A stretch of DNA of 63,076 nucleotides, counting the filler, from Reclinomonas americana ATCC 50394 (lineage: Eukaryota), in assembly GCA_048213135.1 (NCBI GenBank). It is 40 parts of 40 records of this genome, joined end to end, with 100 filler letters (N's around TTAATTAATTAA, not from the genome) between each part and the next. Parts side by side here need not be neighbours in the genome. Positions count along the whole stretch, not along the records: positions 1 to 1,497 come from AFZH01025533.1; positions 1,598 to 3,091 come from AFZH01025534.1; positions 3,192 to 4,685 come from AFZH01025535.1; positions 4,786 to 6,278 come from AFZH01025536.1; positions 6,379 to 7,870 come from AFZH01025537.1; positions 7,971 to 9,454 come from AFZH01025538.1; positions 9,555 to 11,044 come from AFZH01025541.1; 33 more parts are not named here. The stretch is one strand, 5' to 3'. How positions within the stretch are numbered: position 1 is the stretch's first letter; every line of letters begins with the position of its first letter. A program made the position numbers and the translations under genes. Positions 1 to 11,144 of this stretch are shown here, piece by piece. Below the pieces are notes generated by a model. That model made no database searches. It was not told the DNA's origin and saw only the letters and a list, made by a program, of their open reading frames with translations.

Positions 1-532
1 CTCACTCTCTCTCATACTTGCACTCATTCACACGTGCATGCATGCAGAGAGGGGGAGCGCAGTGTGCATGCATTGCGATTACACAAAGAGGAGGGAGTGG
101 AGCAGCACACACACACACATACACGTGAAAGTGTGGGTTGTCCACACGACAATGCATGCGCATGCACGTGCAAGCGCCTTTGTGCAATGTGAAGTAAGAG
201 ATGAGGAACGCAACGTCCATGGCTTAGGCTGGCGTTCACGCGCGAATGGACTAAAGACGAATGAGTCATGTTGATCGATTTGCCGCGCAATGCATCGTTG
301 CTCTGCTCCCTCACACTCTGCTTGCTCTCCATGCCACGACACCAGCCGATCGTTTTCCTCACAAACAGTGCATTTCCTTTCACGAGCAACAGTCACAAAT
401 CAACAAAGATCTCCAGTCGAGCAAGTCCTCCTCCTCCTCCCTTGCTCACTCTCTCGCAAGAGAGCAACGCAGTGTGATAATGGAAGAAGGAAGAAGCAGA
501 AGAACAAGAAGATCCTCGAGACACCCGTTGCC

Positions 533-817
533 TCACTGCTGGTGGCTCTTGTTGTAGGCCTCGTAGTACTGGCGGCGAGTGCGCTCCTTCTGCAATCATG
601 TGTGGGTATTCTCTCATCGTTCGCGCATGTGAGGGACGGACAGACGCACCGGCCAGTGGTAAGTGAACTTGAACACAATGGCAGCGGCAATGCCGAGGCC
701 AAGGCCAATCACGCCTATTTTCATGCGAGTGTGATCAGTGAGCGACACTTTCGAGTAGCAGCAGTAGAGCATTGAATGCGTACCCTCACGGACAGCAGAT
801 GGGTTCACAGGCGGCAT
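533..817 (-). CDS. Cytochrome c oxidase subunit 6C/Cox9/plant COX5C-like protein, 51 aa, 3 exons (817-784, 714-650, 589-533)
   Basis: Splicing two GT-AG introns (69 and 60 nt) gives MPPVNPSAVREGVIGLGLGIAAAIVFKFTYHWPKERTRRQYYEAYNKSHQQ*. It has one TM helix and the PSxVxExxIGLxLGxAA...HW...R..Y pattern of plant COX5C. Confidence 0.8.
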
Positions 818-1378
818 GGAATGTCTGTGTGTTGTGTGTGTGAGAGAGAGAGCGATGAGAATCAGCACGGCAGGCGAGGCGCATCTTGCATGCATCTGTG
901 CCTCAAACCGACACTTTTGCGCGTGACACACACAGAGACAGAGGAGAGAGTGCAGAGAGTGCAGAGAGAGCGTGTGTGCGATGTGTGTGCGTGCATGTGT
1001 GTGTGACGCGACGAAAACGAAGAAAGAAAGATATGCGGACGAGTGCACAGGCAATGTCAGTCACGCCATGCCTCACGCTCTCGCCACCCTCGCCTGTGCT
1101 CTCTCCACTGACAGCGCACCACTCGCCAACACACACGCAGTCACTCACTCAACACACACAGAGAGAAGAGACACAACAGCATGCACACAAAAAAACAAAA
1201 CAATCACCGCGCATTCATCACGCACGCCACTCGCATGCACTGTTAACACACGCACACACCGCGACGCCACACCGCGCGCACGCACTCACCAGCGCAAAAT
1301 ATGAAAGAAAAACAACGCGTTCACCAGCCCGACTCGACCAACGGACCTCCGTCGGTTAAACTAAACACAATCGCGCAA

Positions 1379-1497
1379 ATGGCGGAGTCGGCCTCACTCG
1401 CACCGCCTCCCGCAAGTGGCGGAGGAGGAGGAGGAGGAGGAGGTGTGTCTGCGAGGCTGAGTTCGCGGTCTTCTGTGGGACCGAGTGCGGGTGGGGC
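1379..1497 (+). CDS. 5' start of an unknown protein (MAESASLAPPPASGGGG...), divergent from the COX gene
   Basis: ATG after an A-rich leader, with the frame open to the contig end. Confidence 0.45.
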
Positions 1498-1597
1498 NNN
1501 NNNNNNNNNNNNNNNNNNNNNNNNNNNNNNNNNNNNNNNNNTTAATTAATTAANNNNNNNNNNNNNNNNNNNNNNNNNNNNNNNNNNNNNNNNNNNN
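1498..1597. other. Artificial contig-joining spacer (first of 39): 44 N + TTAATTAATTAA + 44 N
   Basis: An identical 100-bp block recurs about every 1.57-1.59 kb and places stops in all six frames. Sequences on either side are unrelated. Confidence 0.99.
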
Positions 1598-1608
1598 ATT
1601 CCGCTCAC

Positions 1609-2984
1609 CTTCTCCTGCAACTTGTGCTCCTCATTCAACCTCTCAATCTGCCTCTTCAGCACATCAATGGCCGCCTGTTGCTGATTAACCGACTGCTCCG
1701 TGTCCGTCTTGGCGCTCTCCAGCGTGTCGAGAGCATTGCGCAACGCCTGGAAATATTCAATTCGCCGTCAGCTGAGCGTTGGCACAAACCCCACTGATGA
1801 CACTCGTAGCCTCACCTGCAGCTCGCTCTCTCGCTCGCCAAGGAGCTCGCCCCGCCGATGCGCCTCCTGCTGCGTCTCTTCGAGCACAGACGACAGCGAT
1901 TCGTGAGCCAGACGGCACTCGGTGAGTTCGTGCTGCAGCCGCTGGGCGTCCTGCACAGAGGCGAGTTTATGAGGAACCTGATGCAGTCCTTTCATGAATC
2001 ACAGGGAGAGAGAGACAGTGTGTGAGAGACGCAACAGATCGTGCAGCAGCCAACTGACTGCGCACATCATCGGCCTCCGCCACACTGGCCGTGGCCGACT
2101 CGATGCGGCTCAGCGCATCTTGCAAGTCTCCGCGCACGGACGCCAGCTCCGACTGCAGTTGATCGCGCTCCAGGCGGAGAGAGTGAATCTCCTCGTGCAG
2201 GAACTGTGGACAACACGAACACAACATCAGATAACAGTGATTACAAGGTGTGACGCTTCTATGACACCTTCTGTTCACTGCTTTGTCAGCAATTGTCTTT
2301 TGGGTCTGTGCTCTCAGTTGTTCTTTATCTCGCAATCCACTCTGCAGTATGTGTTGTAGCTCGCGCTCCGTGCATCAATGCTGCTGTTCACGAACTGCCT
2401 GTTTTCGATAACGAGTTGACTTGCTTCATGCCTTTCAGCTCCAAGCTCCAATCACTCTCTTGCCTCTCACAAGGTGGATTGAGGAACAGAAAGAACAAAG
2501 ACCAATGAGAAAAAAAGGCACAAGACACAACACTGCACGAAGTAAAGAGGACGAGAAGAGCGAACTGGAGGAGGATGCCCCTTGCTCTGCCTCCCCACGT
2601 CTCCGCTTCCCTTGTCTTTCCCCTTCAACCTTCCCCTTATTCCCCACTCACCCTCGCATGCATACTCTTCTCCGACTGCAACGACGCCACCGCCTCCTGC
2701 GAGTGATACAGCTTATCACTCATCTCCTCCAACTGCTCCTCCAGGTCCGTCACGCGCGACTGACACGACTGCAGACGCTCGTTCGTCTCGCGATACTTGG
2801 ACTCCTCGGCGTGCAGCAACTCCTCGGCTCGCTGCTGCTTCTCGGACGACACGCGCAAGTCACGCTCACATTGCTGTCCCTTTTGCGCCTCGGCCAGCGC
2901 CGCCGATAGCCGCTCCTCCAGAGTGCGCTTGTCGCGACGGAGGTCCTCGACGGTTGCGCTCATTTCTTGGAACTGTCGGCTCAC
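1609..2984 (-). CDS. Long coiled-coil protein, internal multi-exon fragment
   Basis: E/Q/L/R-rich heptad exons joined by GT-AG introns. The frame is disturbed near 2350-2470 (sequencing error or decay). Confidence 0.7.
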
Positions 2985-3191
2985 CTGCAGTGGCAACCGA
3001 AAGGAGTGAGGAAAGGGGAAGGGAAGGGAAGGGAGAGACGATCCAAGAATGGAGGAGGAAACGACGCAAGGAGGCAACGACGCAAGGAGGANNNNNNNNN
3101 NNNNNNNNNNNNNNNNNNNNNNNNNNNNNNNNNNNTTAATTAATTAANNNNNNNNNNNNNNNNNNNNNNNNNNNNNNNNNNNNNNNNNNNN

Positions 3192-3837
3192 GCTCGATGC
3201 TGGCCTCGGCAGGCGGGCGTGAGCGATCGGCCTCGCCCATGTCGCCGTCGGCACGGGCGCTGGTCAATGAGGGAACGTTGCGTGCGCGAGAGAGGATGGT
3301 GGACGTTGTGCGCGCGCGCGCGCGTTGAGCTCATGTTGTGTCGCAGGCAAACGCCGAGCCCCGAGCGCTCCTCGTCTCCGCGATCGCCGCGGCATCGGCA
3401 TCGCAGTCCCACGCATCATCATCATCACCACCATCATCGGCATCACCACCACCGTCATGAGCAGCATCGTGACAGTGAGTCACCGAGGCGGCGATCGGGA
3501 GGGCGACGGGAGGAAGGCGCGGGGCCGGCGAGTCCGCGGTCGTCGTCGCCCGCTGTGTTGGTGATGGGTGAGCGTGTGTCCGCATCGTCGCCGTCGCGTG
3601 GTTCGATTCGCAGAGAAGATCTGCGAGCGTCGGCCGATGACGCGATGCGAGTGGCGCATGCGCGCTCTCGACCAGCTGCAGCTGCCGGTAGCGCGTCGGT
3701 GAGCGTCCCGTAGCGATCCGCTGCGCGTGTACGACGCTCACTCACTCGCTCCCCTCATTCGCGCAGGTCGACATGACTTCGTTGTTACATCGAGCGAGTC
3801 AGGTGAAAAAGGCAGGCGACACGGGGCAGCGGAGCAG
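3192..3837 (+). CDS. Low-complexity Arg/Ser/His-rich protein fragment
   Basis: ORF with a poly-His tract, then a GTGAG...CTCAC...GCAG intron and a further short exon ending at GTATGC. Confidence 0.45.
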
Positions 3838-4272
3838 GTATGCGTGACTGCTGCGGCCTATTAATAGAGAGTGAGTAGTCGGTACTCATTGCGCGTGATC
3901 ATGTAGTATGGCGGCACCTTGACGATCGCCATCGCGGGGAACGGAAGAGAAGAAATAATTATTTGTCGATCGAGAGAGAGTGCGCTCGGCAGTTTTGTTG
4001 AAACAGTGAAGACTTTTGTGTGTGTGTGTAAAGTCAGCCAGTCAGTCAGTCACATACGTGCACATCACCGGTGATGTATCCTCGAATTGCAGTTTGCGAC
4101 CGACGACCCGCCGACGAGTTGACGTCGAGGCACTGTCGAGTTCGACAAGTGCCTGGCCTATATATGTCCGGTTATGACCGGATGAGTTTTGGTATATTTC
4201 TTCTGCAACCCGCTGAGCCAACACCATCTCGTTTTCTGTTCATCATCATCAACATCATCTGCAACTTACATC

Positions 4273-4685
4273 ATGAGCTCTGCTTCTGCATCTGAGACCA
4301 ACATCATCACCACCACTGCCGTGAAGAAGACCTGGCAGGACTACCGCAGTGAGGCGATTGCCGCGCGCGCTGCGATGACACCGGAGCAGCTGGCCGAGCG
4401 TGAGGCCGCCAAGGAAGCTCGTCGAGCTGCCAAGGAGGCCCGCCGCTCTGTCCGCGGCATCCGTCAGCCACTCACTGCCGAGCAGCTGGCCGACCGTCGT
4501 GCAGCCCAGGAGGCTCGTCGTGCCGCCCGCGGCATTCGTGAGCCATTCTCCGCCGAGCAGCAGGCCGAGCGCCAGGCTGCCAAGGAGGCTCGTCGTGCCG
4601 CCCGCGGCATTCGTGAGCCATTCTCCGCCGAGCAGCAGGCCGAGCGTCAGGCTGCCAAGGAGGCTCGTCGCGCCGCCCGCGCGAA
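4273..4685 (+). CDS. Tandem-repeat charged helical protein (25-aa unit GIREPFSAEQQAERQAAKEARRAAR), 3'-truncated
   Basis: 75-bp repeats at 4456-4680, strong GC3 bias, ATG at 4273. Confidence 0.75.
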
Positions 4686-4785
4686 NNNNNNNNNNNNNNN
4701 NNNNNNNNNNNNNNNNNNNNNNNNNNNNNTTAATTAATTAANNNNNNNNNNNNNNNNNNNNNNNNNNNNNNNNNNNNNNNNNNNN

Positions 4786-5598
4786 GGAGGCGCCCGGAAG
4801 TGTGGCCGGGATCGCGCGGAGAGCCGCATCCACCCTGTCCTGCTCCGCTCCCGTGCGCACACGGACGTCGACCGCGAACTCCGCCGCCGCCGGCACCGTG
4901 TTCGTGGTGCTGCCGGCGCGCACGAGCGTGGGGGTGACACTGGTTCCGGCTTCCGGGTCGCCGAGCAGGGCGATCGCGAGCAGCAGGTGTGCGGCCTCGA
5001 CGGCGGCGTTGATGCCGCGTTCCGGTTCCAGCCCGGCATGGGCCGCACGGCCGGTGACGTGCACGCGGTAGAGCGAGACGCCCTTGCGCGCGATCTTCAC
5101 GGCGCCGCCGTCGGCCGAGGCCTCGAGCACGAACACTGCCGCACAGCCGATCGCCTCCTGCTCGATCAGCTGGCGGGAGCTCGGCGAGCCGAGCTCCTCG
5201 TCGCCCGTGATCAGGATGCTCACACCGGTTCGGTCCGGCAGCGCGGCGACGGCGTGCAGTGCCATCACGACGCCGGTCTTCATGTCGAAGCATCCGGGAC
5301 CACGGAGCACCCCGTCGTCGATGCGGAACGGGAGACTCTGCAGGGAGCCGAGCGGCCAGACCGTGTCGTGATGGCCGAGGACCAGCACCTGAGGTGTGCC
5401 GAACCGCCAGCGCAGGTGGGTGCGACCGTCGATGATGATGCGCTCGGGGGCGGCACCCAGCAGCCTTTCGCCGAGGGCGGCGACGACCTCTGCGCTGCGG
5501 GCGACCGCGTCCAGGTCATCGGACGGTGACTCGCAGGTGACGAGGGTCTCGATGTCGGCGACGATCAGGTCGAGGTCGACGTCCGCCTGCACGGTCAT
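4786..5598 (-). CDS. Bacterial M20 metallopeptidase (carboxypeptidase G2-like), 3'-truncated
   Basis: Motifs GHHDTVW, GPGCFDMKTG, GDEELGS, VLEA and GRAAHAG. Intronless and very GC-rich. Confidence 0.93.
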
Positions 5599-6278
5599 CA
5601 CGACACCTTCGGCGCCGCGCGGACGCCGTGGTGCAGATAGCGCTCGCCGGTGGGCAGGGAGTAGAAGACCACGGCATGCCAGGCCTGTTCGCCCTCACTG
5701 CGCATCACGAATTCGCCCGGTCGGACCGGCACCAGCGGATGCTCCTGAATCGGATCGGGGAGGAGGGCTGCCAGCGGTCCGTTGATGGTGGTGCGCATGC
5801 GCAGGCCGCCTTCCTCGGCGAAGATCTCGGTGCGGACACCCGCCCGGTCGTAGACGCCCTCGAACTCGGAGAAATCGTCGGCGAACGGCTGCGCCGGCGG
5901 CACGAGCCCCGCGGGGAGTCGCACATCGGCGATCTCAGCGAAGATCTCGCCGAAGAGAGCGTCGTACAGGTCACGGGTGTTTCCGCCGTTCGCGAGCAGA
6001 GTGACGGCGACCTCCTCGTCGAGCAGGATGCGCAGGAACGACGACTGCCCGATCGTGTTGCCGTCGTGACCGACGAGCTTGCGTCCATCCCAGTCGAACA
6101 GGATCCAGCCGACGCCCCAGGCGTCACCGAGCGAATACGGGTCGGGCATGTCGACCTCGCGCTGCTGCATGCGCTTCACGCTCGCTTCCGAGAGCACCCT
6201 GGTGCCGTCCGCGGCGAGTCCGCCGGTGAGGTGCATCCGGGCGAACGCGAGCACGTCGGCCGTCGTGGAGTTGATGAG
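5598..6278 (-). CDS. Bacterial serine hydrolase (beta-lactamase/class C family), C-terminal part
   Basis: D(V)LAFARMHL, WGVGW and VGHDGNTIGQ motifs. Its stop overlaps the next start (TGATG), as in an operon. Confidence 0.88.
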   Translation of the reverse strand, partial: LINSTTADVLAFARMHLTGGLAADGTRVLSEASVKRMQQREVDMPDPYSLGDAWGVGWILFDWDGRKLVGHDGNTIGQSSFLRILLDEEVAVTLLANGGNTRDLYDALFGEIFAEIADVRLPAGLVPPAQPFADDFSEFEGVYDRAGVRTEIFAEEGGLRMRTTINGPLAALLPDPIQEHPLVPVRPGEFVMRSEGEQAWHAVVFYSLPTGERYLHHGVRAAPKVS

Positions 6279-6574
6279 NNNNNNNNNNNNNNNNNNNNNN
6301 NNNNNNNNNNNNNNNNNNNNNNTTAATTAATTAANNNNNNNNNNNNNNNNNNNNNNNNNNNNNNNNNNNNNNNNNNNNGGGGGCTCGTATGAACGGGACG
6401 GTGGCTCGTATGCGCGAGACTGGGGCGGCGGCGGAGGCGATGCTGTCCTCTCTCCACGCCCGCCACCTCCCTGCTGCAACTGTGCCTGGCCACGCTCACG
6501 AGCGCTACGACGCTGCGCATGTGTGGACGTGCGTGGTTAGCACATCGAGATGCGACAAGCACACTCACTCGTGA

Positions 6575-7735
6575 TCAGCACTCAACTGTTGGCGCGTCGC
6601 GTGACGGCGGCGACAGTGACGACGCGGTGGCTGCCGATGCCGACGAGGAGCCCTGTGGCGAGCTGCGGCCCCGTCGATAGTCGTGTGCGTCGTCGTCCTC
6701 CTCGCCCTCGGCGGCCAGCTCCGCAGCCGACACACCGTACTCTTGCATCTCGCGCAACAGCTTTTCCCTGGAACGATCGGCCAGCGTGCGTCGCAGCTGC
6801 GGAATCTTTGGCGACTGCAGCAGGCGGTACACTTGCATGCGCTGATCGTGTGTCGACGGCGTGTCGCGACCACTGCGGGGGAGAGAGAGCATTTGAGGTG
6901 AGTGGCGACATGCGCACGACCCCTCCCATCCCCTTAAAAGAGACACGACGCAACTCCGTAATGGCACGGCAGTCGTGGTACGCGGCAACACGATTCAACA
7001 CCTCCGTCGGGCTAATGTCGTAGATGAGACCGAGAATGACGGCGGCCGCCACTCCCGTGCGTCCGTGACCACCCCAGCACGACACGTAGATCTTGTGGCC
7101 GGAGAAGGCCATCTCCACCACTCTGCTCATGGTGTTGAGGAACTCGGCGTCGGGCGCCACGTCGTCGTCGTGAATCGGCAAGTGGATAAAGTCAAAGTCG
7201 GACTGCGACAAGCGACGCTCGTCCATGATGCTGAGGATGTCTTCCACGTACGGTGCGCGCATGGCTCCCTTGTTGATTGAGCGCGACTTGCCCGGTTGCA
7301 ACACGGCTGCGCAGATGCTCAGCAGCGGTTCCACACAGCGAGAACAGAAGCAACACACACGTACCGGGGAAGCGCGAGTCCTCGGGAACCTCCGACTGCA
7401 GGCACACAAACACGCCAATGCCCGTGTCGGCGACCAGCGCCACCAGATCGTCGCGCTTCTCGGCCGGGTAGCTGCCAACGAGAATGTGGTTGCGCACGAG
7501 CCAGTTGGAGCGCTCGATCGGTCCACGCATGTTCTCGTACGCGGGCGTGCCCTTGCGTGGCAACTCGGGCGGGAACTTGAGTCCGCGACGGAAGCGTGCA
7601 CGCAGGTCGGCCATGTTGCGCGGCGGGCGCGGTGGCGACGGTGGCGGCGACGGTTCGCGACGCGGCGCAGAGTCACGCGATTGCTGCGGCGGCGGCTGCA
7701 CAAACTCGCGTGAACCCGACAACTCCTCGTCGTCT
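6575..7735 (-). CDS. Protein tyrosine/dual-specificity phosphatase-like protein, multi-exon
   Basis: SNWLVRNHILVGSYP, HLPIHD (general-acid loop) and the P-loop YVSCWGGHGRTG. Confidence 0.85.
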
Positions 7736-8414
7736 GCGCGCGCACACACACACATGTGAGACTCGGCGACCGGCGACGGCGATTGACAATAGTACACACC
7801 ATAGGCAGACGAGGGCGGCGACGGCGCAAAGTGCGCACGCTTGCGAGCCGACAGCGGGCGACCATCTTCANNNNNNNNNNNNNNNNNNNNNNNNNNNNNN
7901 NNNNNNNNNNNNNNTTAATTAATTAANNNNNNNNNNNNNNNNNNNNNNNNNNNNNNNNNNNNNNNNNNNNGTGGTGAGGCAGAGTGAGTGATTGAGAGAG
8001 AGAGAGAGAGTGAGCGAGAGAACATGAAGAACACTCTGTCTGTCTGTGATTTTGTACACACACACACACACATACACACACACACACACATAGCGAGGCA
8101 GAGAGAGGGCAAGTGAGAGTGTGTGGCAGAGAGGGAGAGACAGTCAACTATTCACACACACGCACACTCCTTCCCTTCACTCTCCCATCTTCTCTCCTCC
8201 CTCACTCCCCCTTCCCCCCTTCTCCTCCTAATCAGTGGCGACTGCGTGATCGCCGACTACACCACTCAAGTGGGCACTCTGCGCACGGTGGTGCACTCGT
8301 TGCTGCCGAGTCTCCTGCGCACGCCCTCGTCGAGTCAACTGCCGCACTTGGCGCTGCATCAGCCTCCACACTTGTTTCACTATCCGCATCATTTGGCGCT
8401 CCATCCGCATCACC

Positions 8415-8910
8415 ATCATCATCATCGGCATCATATGTATGGTGGGTGGTGTGGGAGGGGAGGAAGGGGTCATATCACTGTCAACGCGTATGTCTTCGCG
8501 GTTCCTCTCTCACCCTTGTCTCTCACTCCTGTGGACACTCGTGCGCGTTTCCCATCGCTCACTTCTCGCTCATTTCCCATCATCGCCATCGGTATCATAT
8601 GTATGGTGGGTGTGGGAGGGGAGGAAGGAGTCATATCACTGTCAACGTGTATGTCTTCGCGTTTCCTCTCTCATCCTTGTCTCTCACTCCTGTGGACACT
8701 CGTGCGCGTTTCCCATCGCTCACTTCTCGCTGATTTCTCGTTCTTCTTCCTTGTGCGGTTCTATCCTTCATCCATCATCATCATCGGCATCATATGTATG
8801 GTGGGTAGTGGGCGGGAGGAAGGGCAAGTCACTGTCAACGCGTATGTATGTCTTCGCTTGTGCACTCGCGGTTCCTCTCTCACCCTTGTCTCTCACTCCT
8901 GTGGACACAT
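8415..8910. repeat. Degenerate tandem repeat, about 3 units of roughly 165-190 bp
   Basis: Recurring CATCATATGTATGGTGGGT...CACTGTCAACG...TCTCACTCCTGTGGACAC. Confidence 0.9.
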
Positions 8911-9331
8911 CGCTTACCGTGTCGTCCCAGTGTTGGTTAAGTCATGGCAGCTTCATTGAGGAGCGTGCTCATCTTTGCCAAAGCTGGGTTGAGAGAGATC
9001 TCTTCTCGGTCTCACAGTCTCTCTGTGAGCACCATGTCTGCTTCACTCATTGCTCTTGTCTCCCCTGCGTTTGAGAGTTCAGAGATCTCTTCTTGGTCTG
9101 TCTGAGTCTTCCGCTCATGTCTCGCCGATTTCACGCTCTTCTCCGTTGTGCGGTTGTATCCTTCATCCAAGGCTCTTTCCTTCATCTTTTCTTGCGTGAG
9201 GTGATGAAGGCTTGGGTCTGCACACTGCGGTCGTCTGTTTCTTTGGACTCCGTTGTTTTGCGCATGGAAATCTTCGCAGTGCATGTTGCGATTGGCACCA
9301 TACCACGTTCACATCTGTTGCTCACTTCTCC

Positions 9332-9369
<38 letters not shown>

Positions 9370-9708
9370 TTCTCGTACGTCGTCGTACGTCGCGCGGCGT
9401 CGTCGTCGTACGTCGTACGTACGTACCGACGGACCGACGACGTACGACGACGACNNNNNNNNNNNNNNNNNNNNNNNNNNNNNNNNNNNNNNNNNNNNTT
9501 AATTAATTAANNNNNNNNNNNNNNNNNNNNNNNNNNNNNNNNNNNNNNNNNNNNATGGCGTGATTGCAAACAGTGCCGGATTCAATAACATCTGTGTGTG
9601 TGTACAAGGCGTGCATAGGAGCGCGCGCATTAAAGGGTTTGTGCAATGCCAGCAACCAGAGCCGCCTGTTTGCATCGCAAGCTGGTCAGCAACGAGAGAC
9701 ACCAACAA

Positions 9709-10929
9709 TTAACAGTGGGCGTTGTTTGTTCTTTTTCTCACCTCTTGGGCATTCTGTGCTCGGCCGCTGGCCATCAGCAGTCGCATGCGGCGTGCCTCGC
9801 GACTGCTCGGTTGCACCTTCACAATGCTGCCGCCAGCGGTGACATTGTACGCAAACCGAGGAGAGGAAACGACGGGCGTTCCAACTCCCGCCGACGTCGA
9901 TGTCGACACGTGCAGTGCGGCGCGACCCTTGCCGCCACCGACCGACTTGGCCACCGACATTGACGCTGTGCCTCCAATGGTCGGTGCAACGGCGACAGCC
10001 GCCGGAGCTTCCATTGTGGAGGCTGGCGCGCCTCCAACTACAATCTTGTGCGGTCTGAGGTGCTCCTGCAGAGCCGCCAGCTTGACGTGCTCCTTGGAGA
10101 GCGCCCCCGAGGCCGGCGAAAACGTAAACACCGTGGCCTCGTCGCACATGCGCAAACTACGCGCTCGCTCTGCACAAGGGATGGGTGTTGTTAACAAACA
10201 GAAACACCCCTTGCTCTCACATCGACTGTCGACGAAACTGCGTTCGGGTGCCTTGGAGTGCGCGGTCGAGCTCATCTCCCGCGCGCTATTCGGCGCACTG
10301 ACACTCTTGCTGGCGCCCTTCAAAGTGGTGGCATCGCTCTTAAGGATGCCAACCAACTGCGCCGCCGACGAGCTCCGTCGCAACACCGAGTCCCCTCCCG
10401 CCGACGACACCGACGACACCATCGACGTCGGCGTTGCAGCCGACGACACCGCCTGCAATGTCGGCAGCGGCAACAGCGGCAACGGCACCGAGTTGCGCCG
10501 TCCCAGCAACGAAAACCGATGGCTGTCCTCCGCCGTCGCTGTCGCTGTCGTTGTCGCCGTCGCTGTCGCCGCTGCCAGTGCACTCCAGTGATCCACTGGC
10601 TGTCGCGGTGGTGGTCTCCGCTCTGTGCCCGCCACGGCCGCCGCCAGTGACTCAGCACTGGCGGCGCCCGAGCGCGGAACAACTCGGCACGAAGGCTCCC
10701 GCGAGCACGTCCACGATCCAGGCAACGATGATCGCCGTCGCGTCATCAACCACGAGGCAGCAGCCGCCGCCGACGCATCTCCAGTGGGTGTTGCACTGCT
10801 GCACCACATCTCCTCCGGCTGCGCGTCGTCGGTCAGTCGCGGTAACCGCGGCGCGAGAGGAGCCGCAATCGGCATGTTCAGTGATGACTCGTGTGCGCGA
10901 CTATATGTGGAGACGAGTGAGCGTGCCAA
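9709..10929 (-). CDS. Hypothetical Ser/Ala-rich protein (probably spliced)
   Basis: 406-codon open frame with low-complexity composition and no recognised domain. Confidence 0.5.
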   Translation of the reverse strand: MARSLVSTYSRAHESSLNMPIAAPLAPRLPRLTDDAQPEEMWCSSATPTGDASAAAAASWLMTRRRSSLPGSWTCSREPSCRVVPRSGAASAESLAAAVAGTERRPPPRQPVDHWSALAAATATATTTATATAEDSHRFSLLGRRNSVPLPLLPLPTLQAVSSAATPTSMVSSVSSAGGDSVLRRSSSAAQLVGILKSDATTLKGASKSVSAPNSAREMSSTAHSKAPERSFVDSRCESKGCFCLLTTPIPCAERARSLRMCDEATVFTFSPASGALSKEHVKLAALQEHLRPHKIVVGGAPASTMEAPAAVAVAPTIGGTASMSVAKSVGGGKGRAALHVSTSTSAGVGTPVVSSPRFAYNVTAGGSIVKVQPSSREARRMRLLMASGRAQNAQEVRKRTNNAHC

Positions 10930-11144
10930 TGTCGCAGCTCTCTCGTCTTCTGATCGTGTTTACCTTCTGCCTTGGTTCGTCGCCGATGGCGGTCTCTTTC
11001 GTGTCGCGCGTTCGCTCAGATCATCCCACAGCGCATCAGCTGCANNNNNNNNNNNNNNNNNNNNNNNNNNNNNNNNNNNNNNNNNNNNTTAATTAATTAA
11101 NNNNNNNNNNNNNNNNNNNNNNNNNNNNNNNNNNNNNNNNNNNN

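Noticed and set aside
1542..1553. Regularly spaced palindrome TTAATTAATTAA, which could suggest an array or piggyBac TTAA sites
   Set aside because: Always centred in N runs. It is an artificial six-frame-stop linker.
9370..9454. Odd TACG/TCG-rich quasi-palindromic tract (similar at 15907-16030)
   Set aside because: It lies at contig ends right after (CT)n runs and cycles through T-A-C-G, as expected of dephased pyrosequencing read tails. Probably an artefact.
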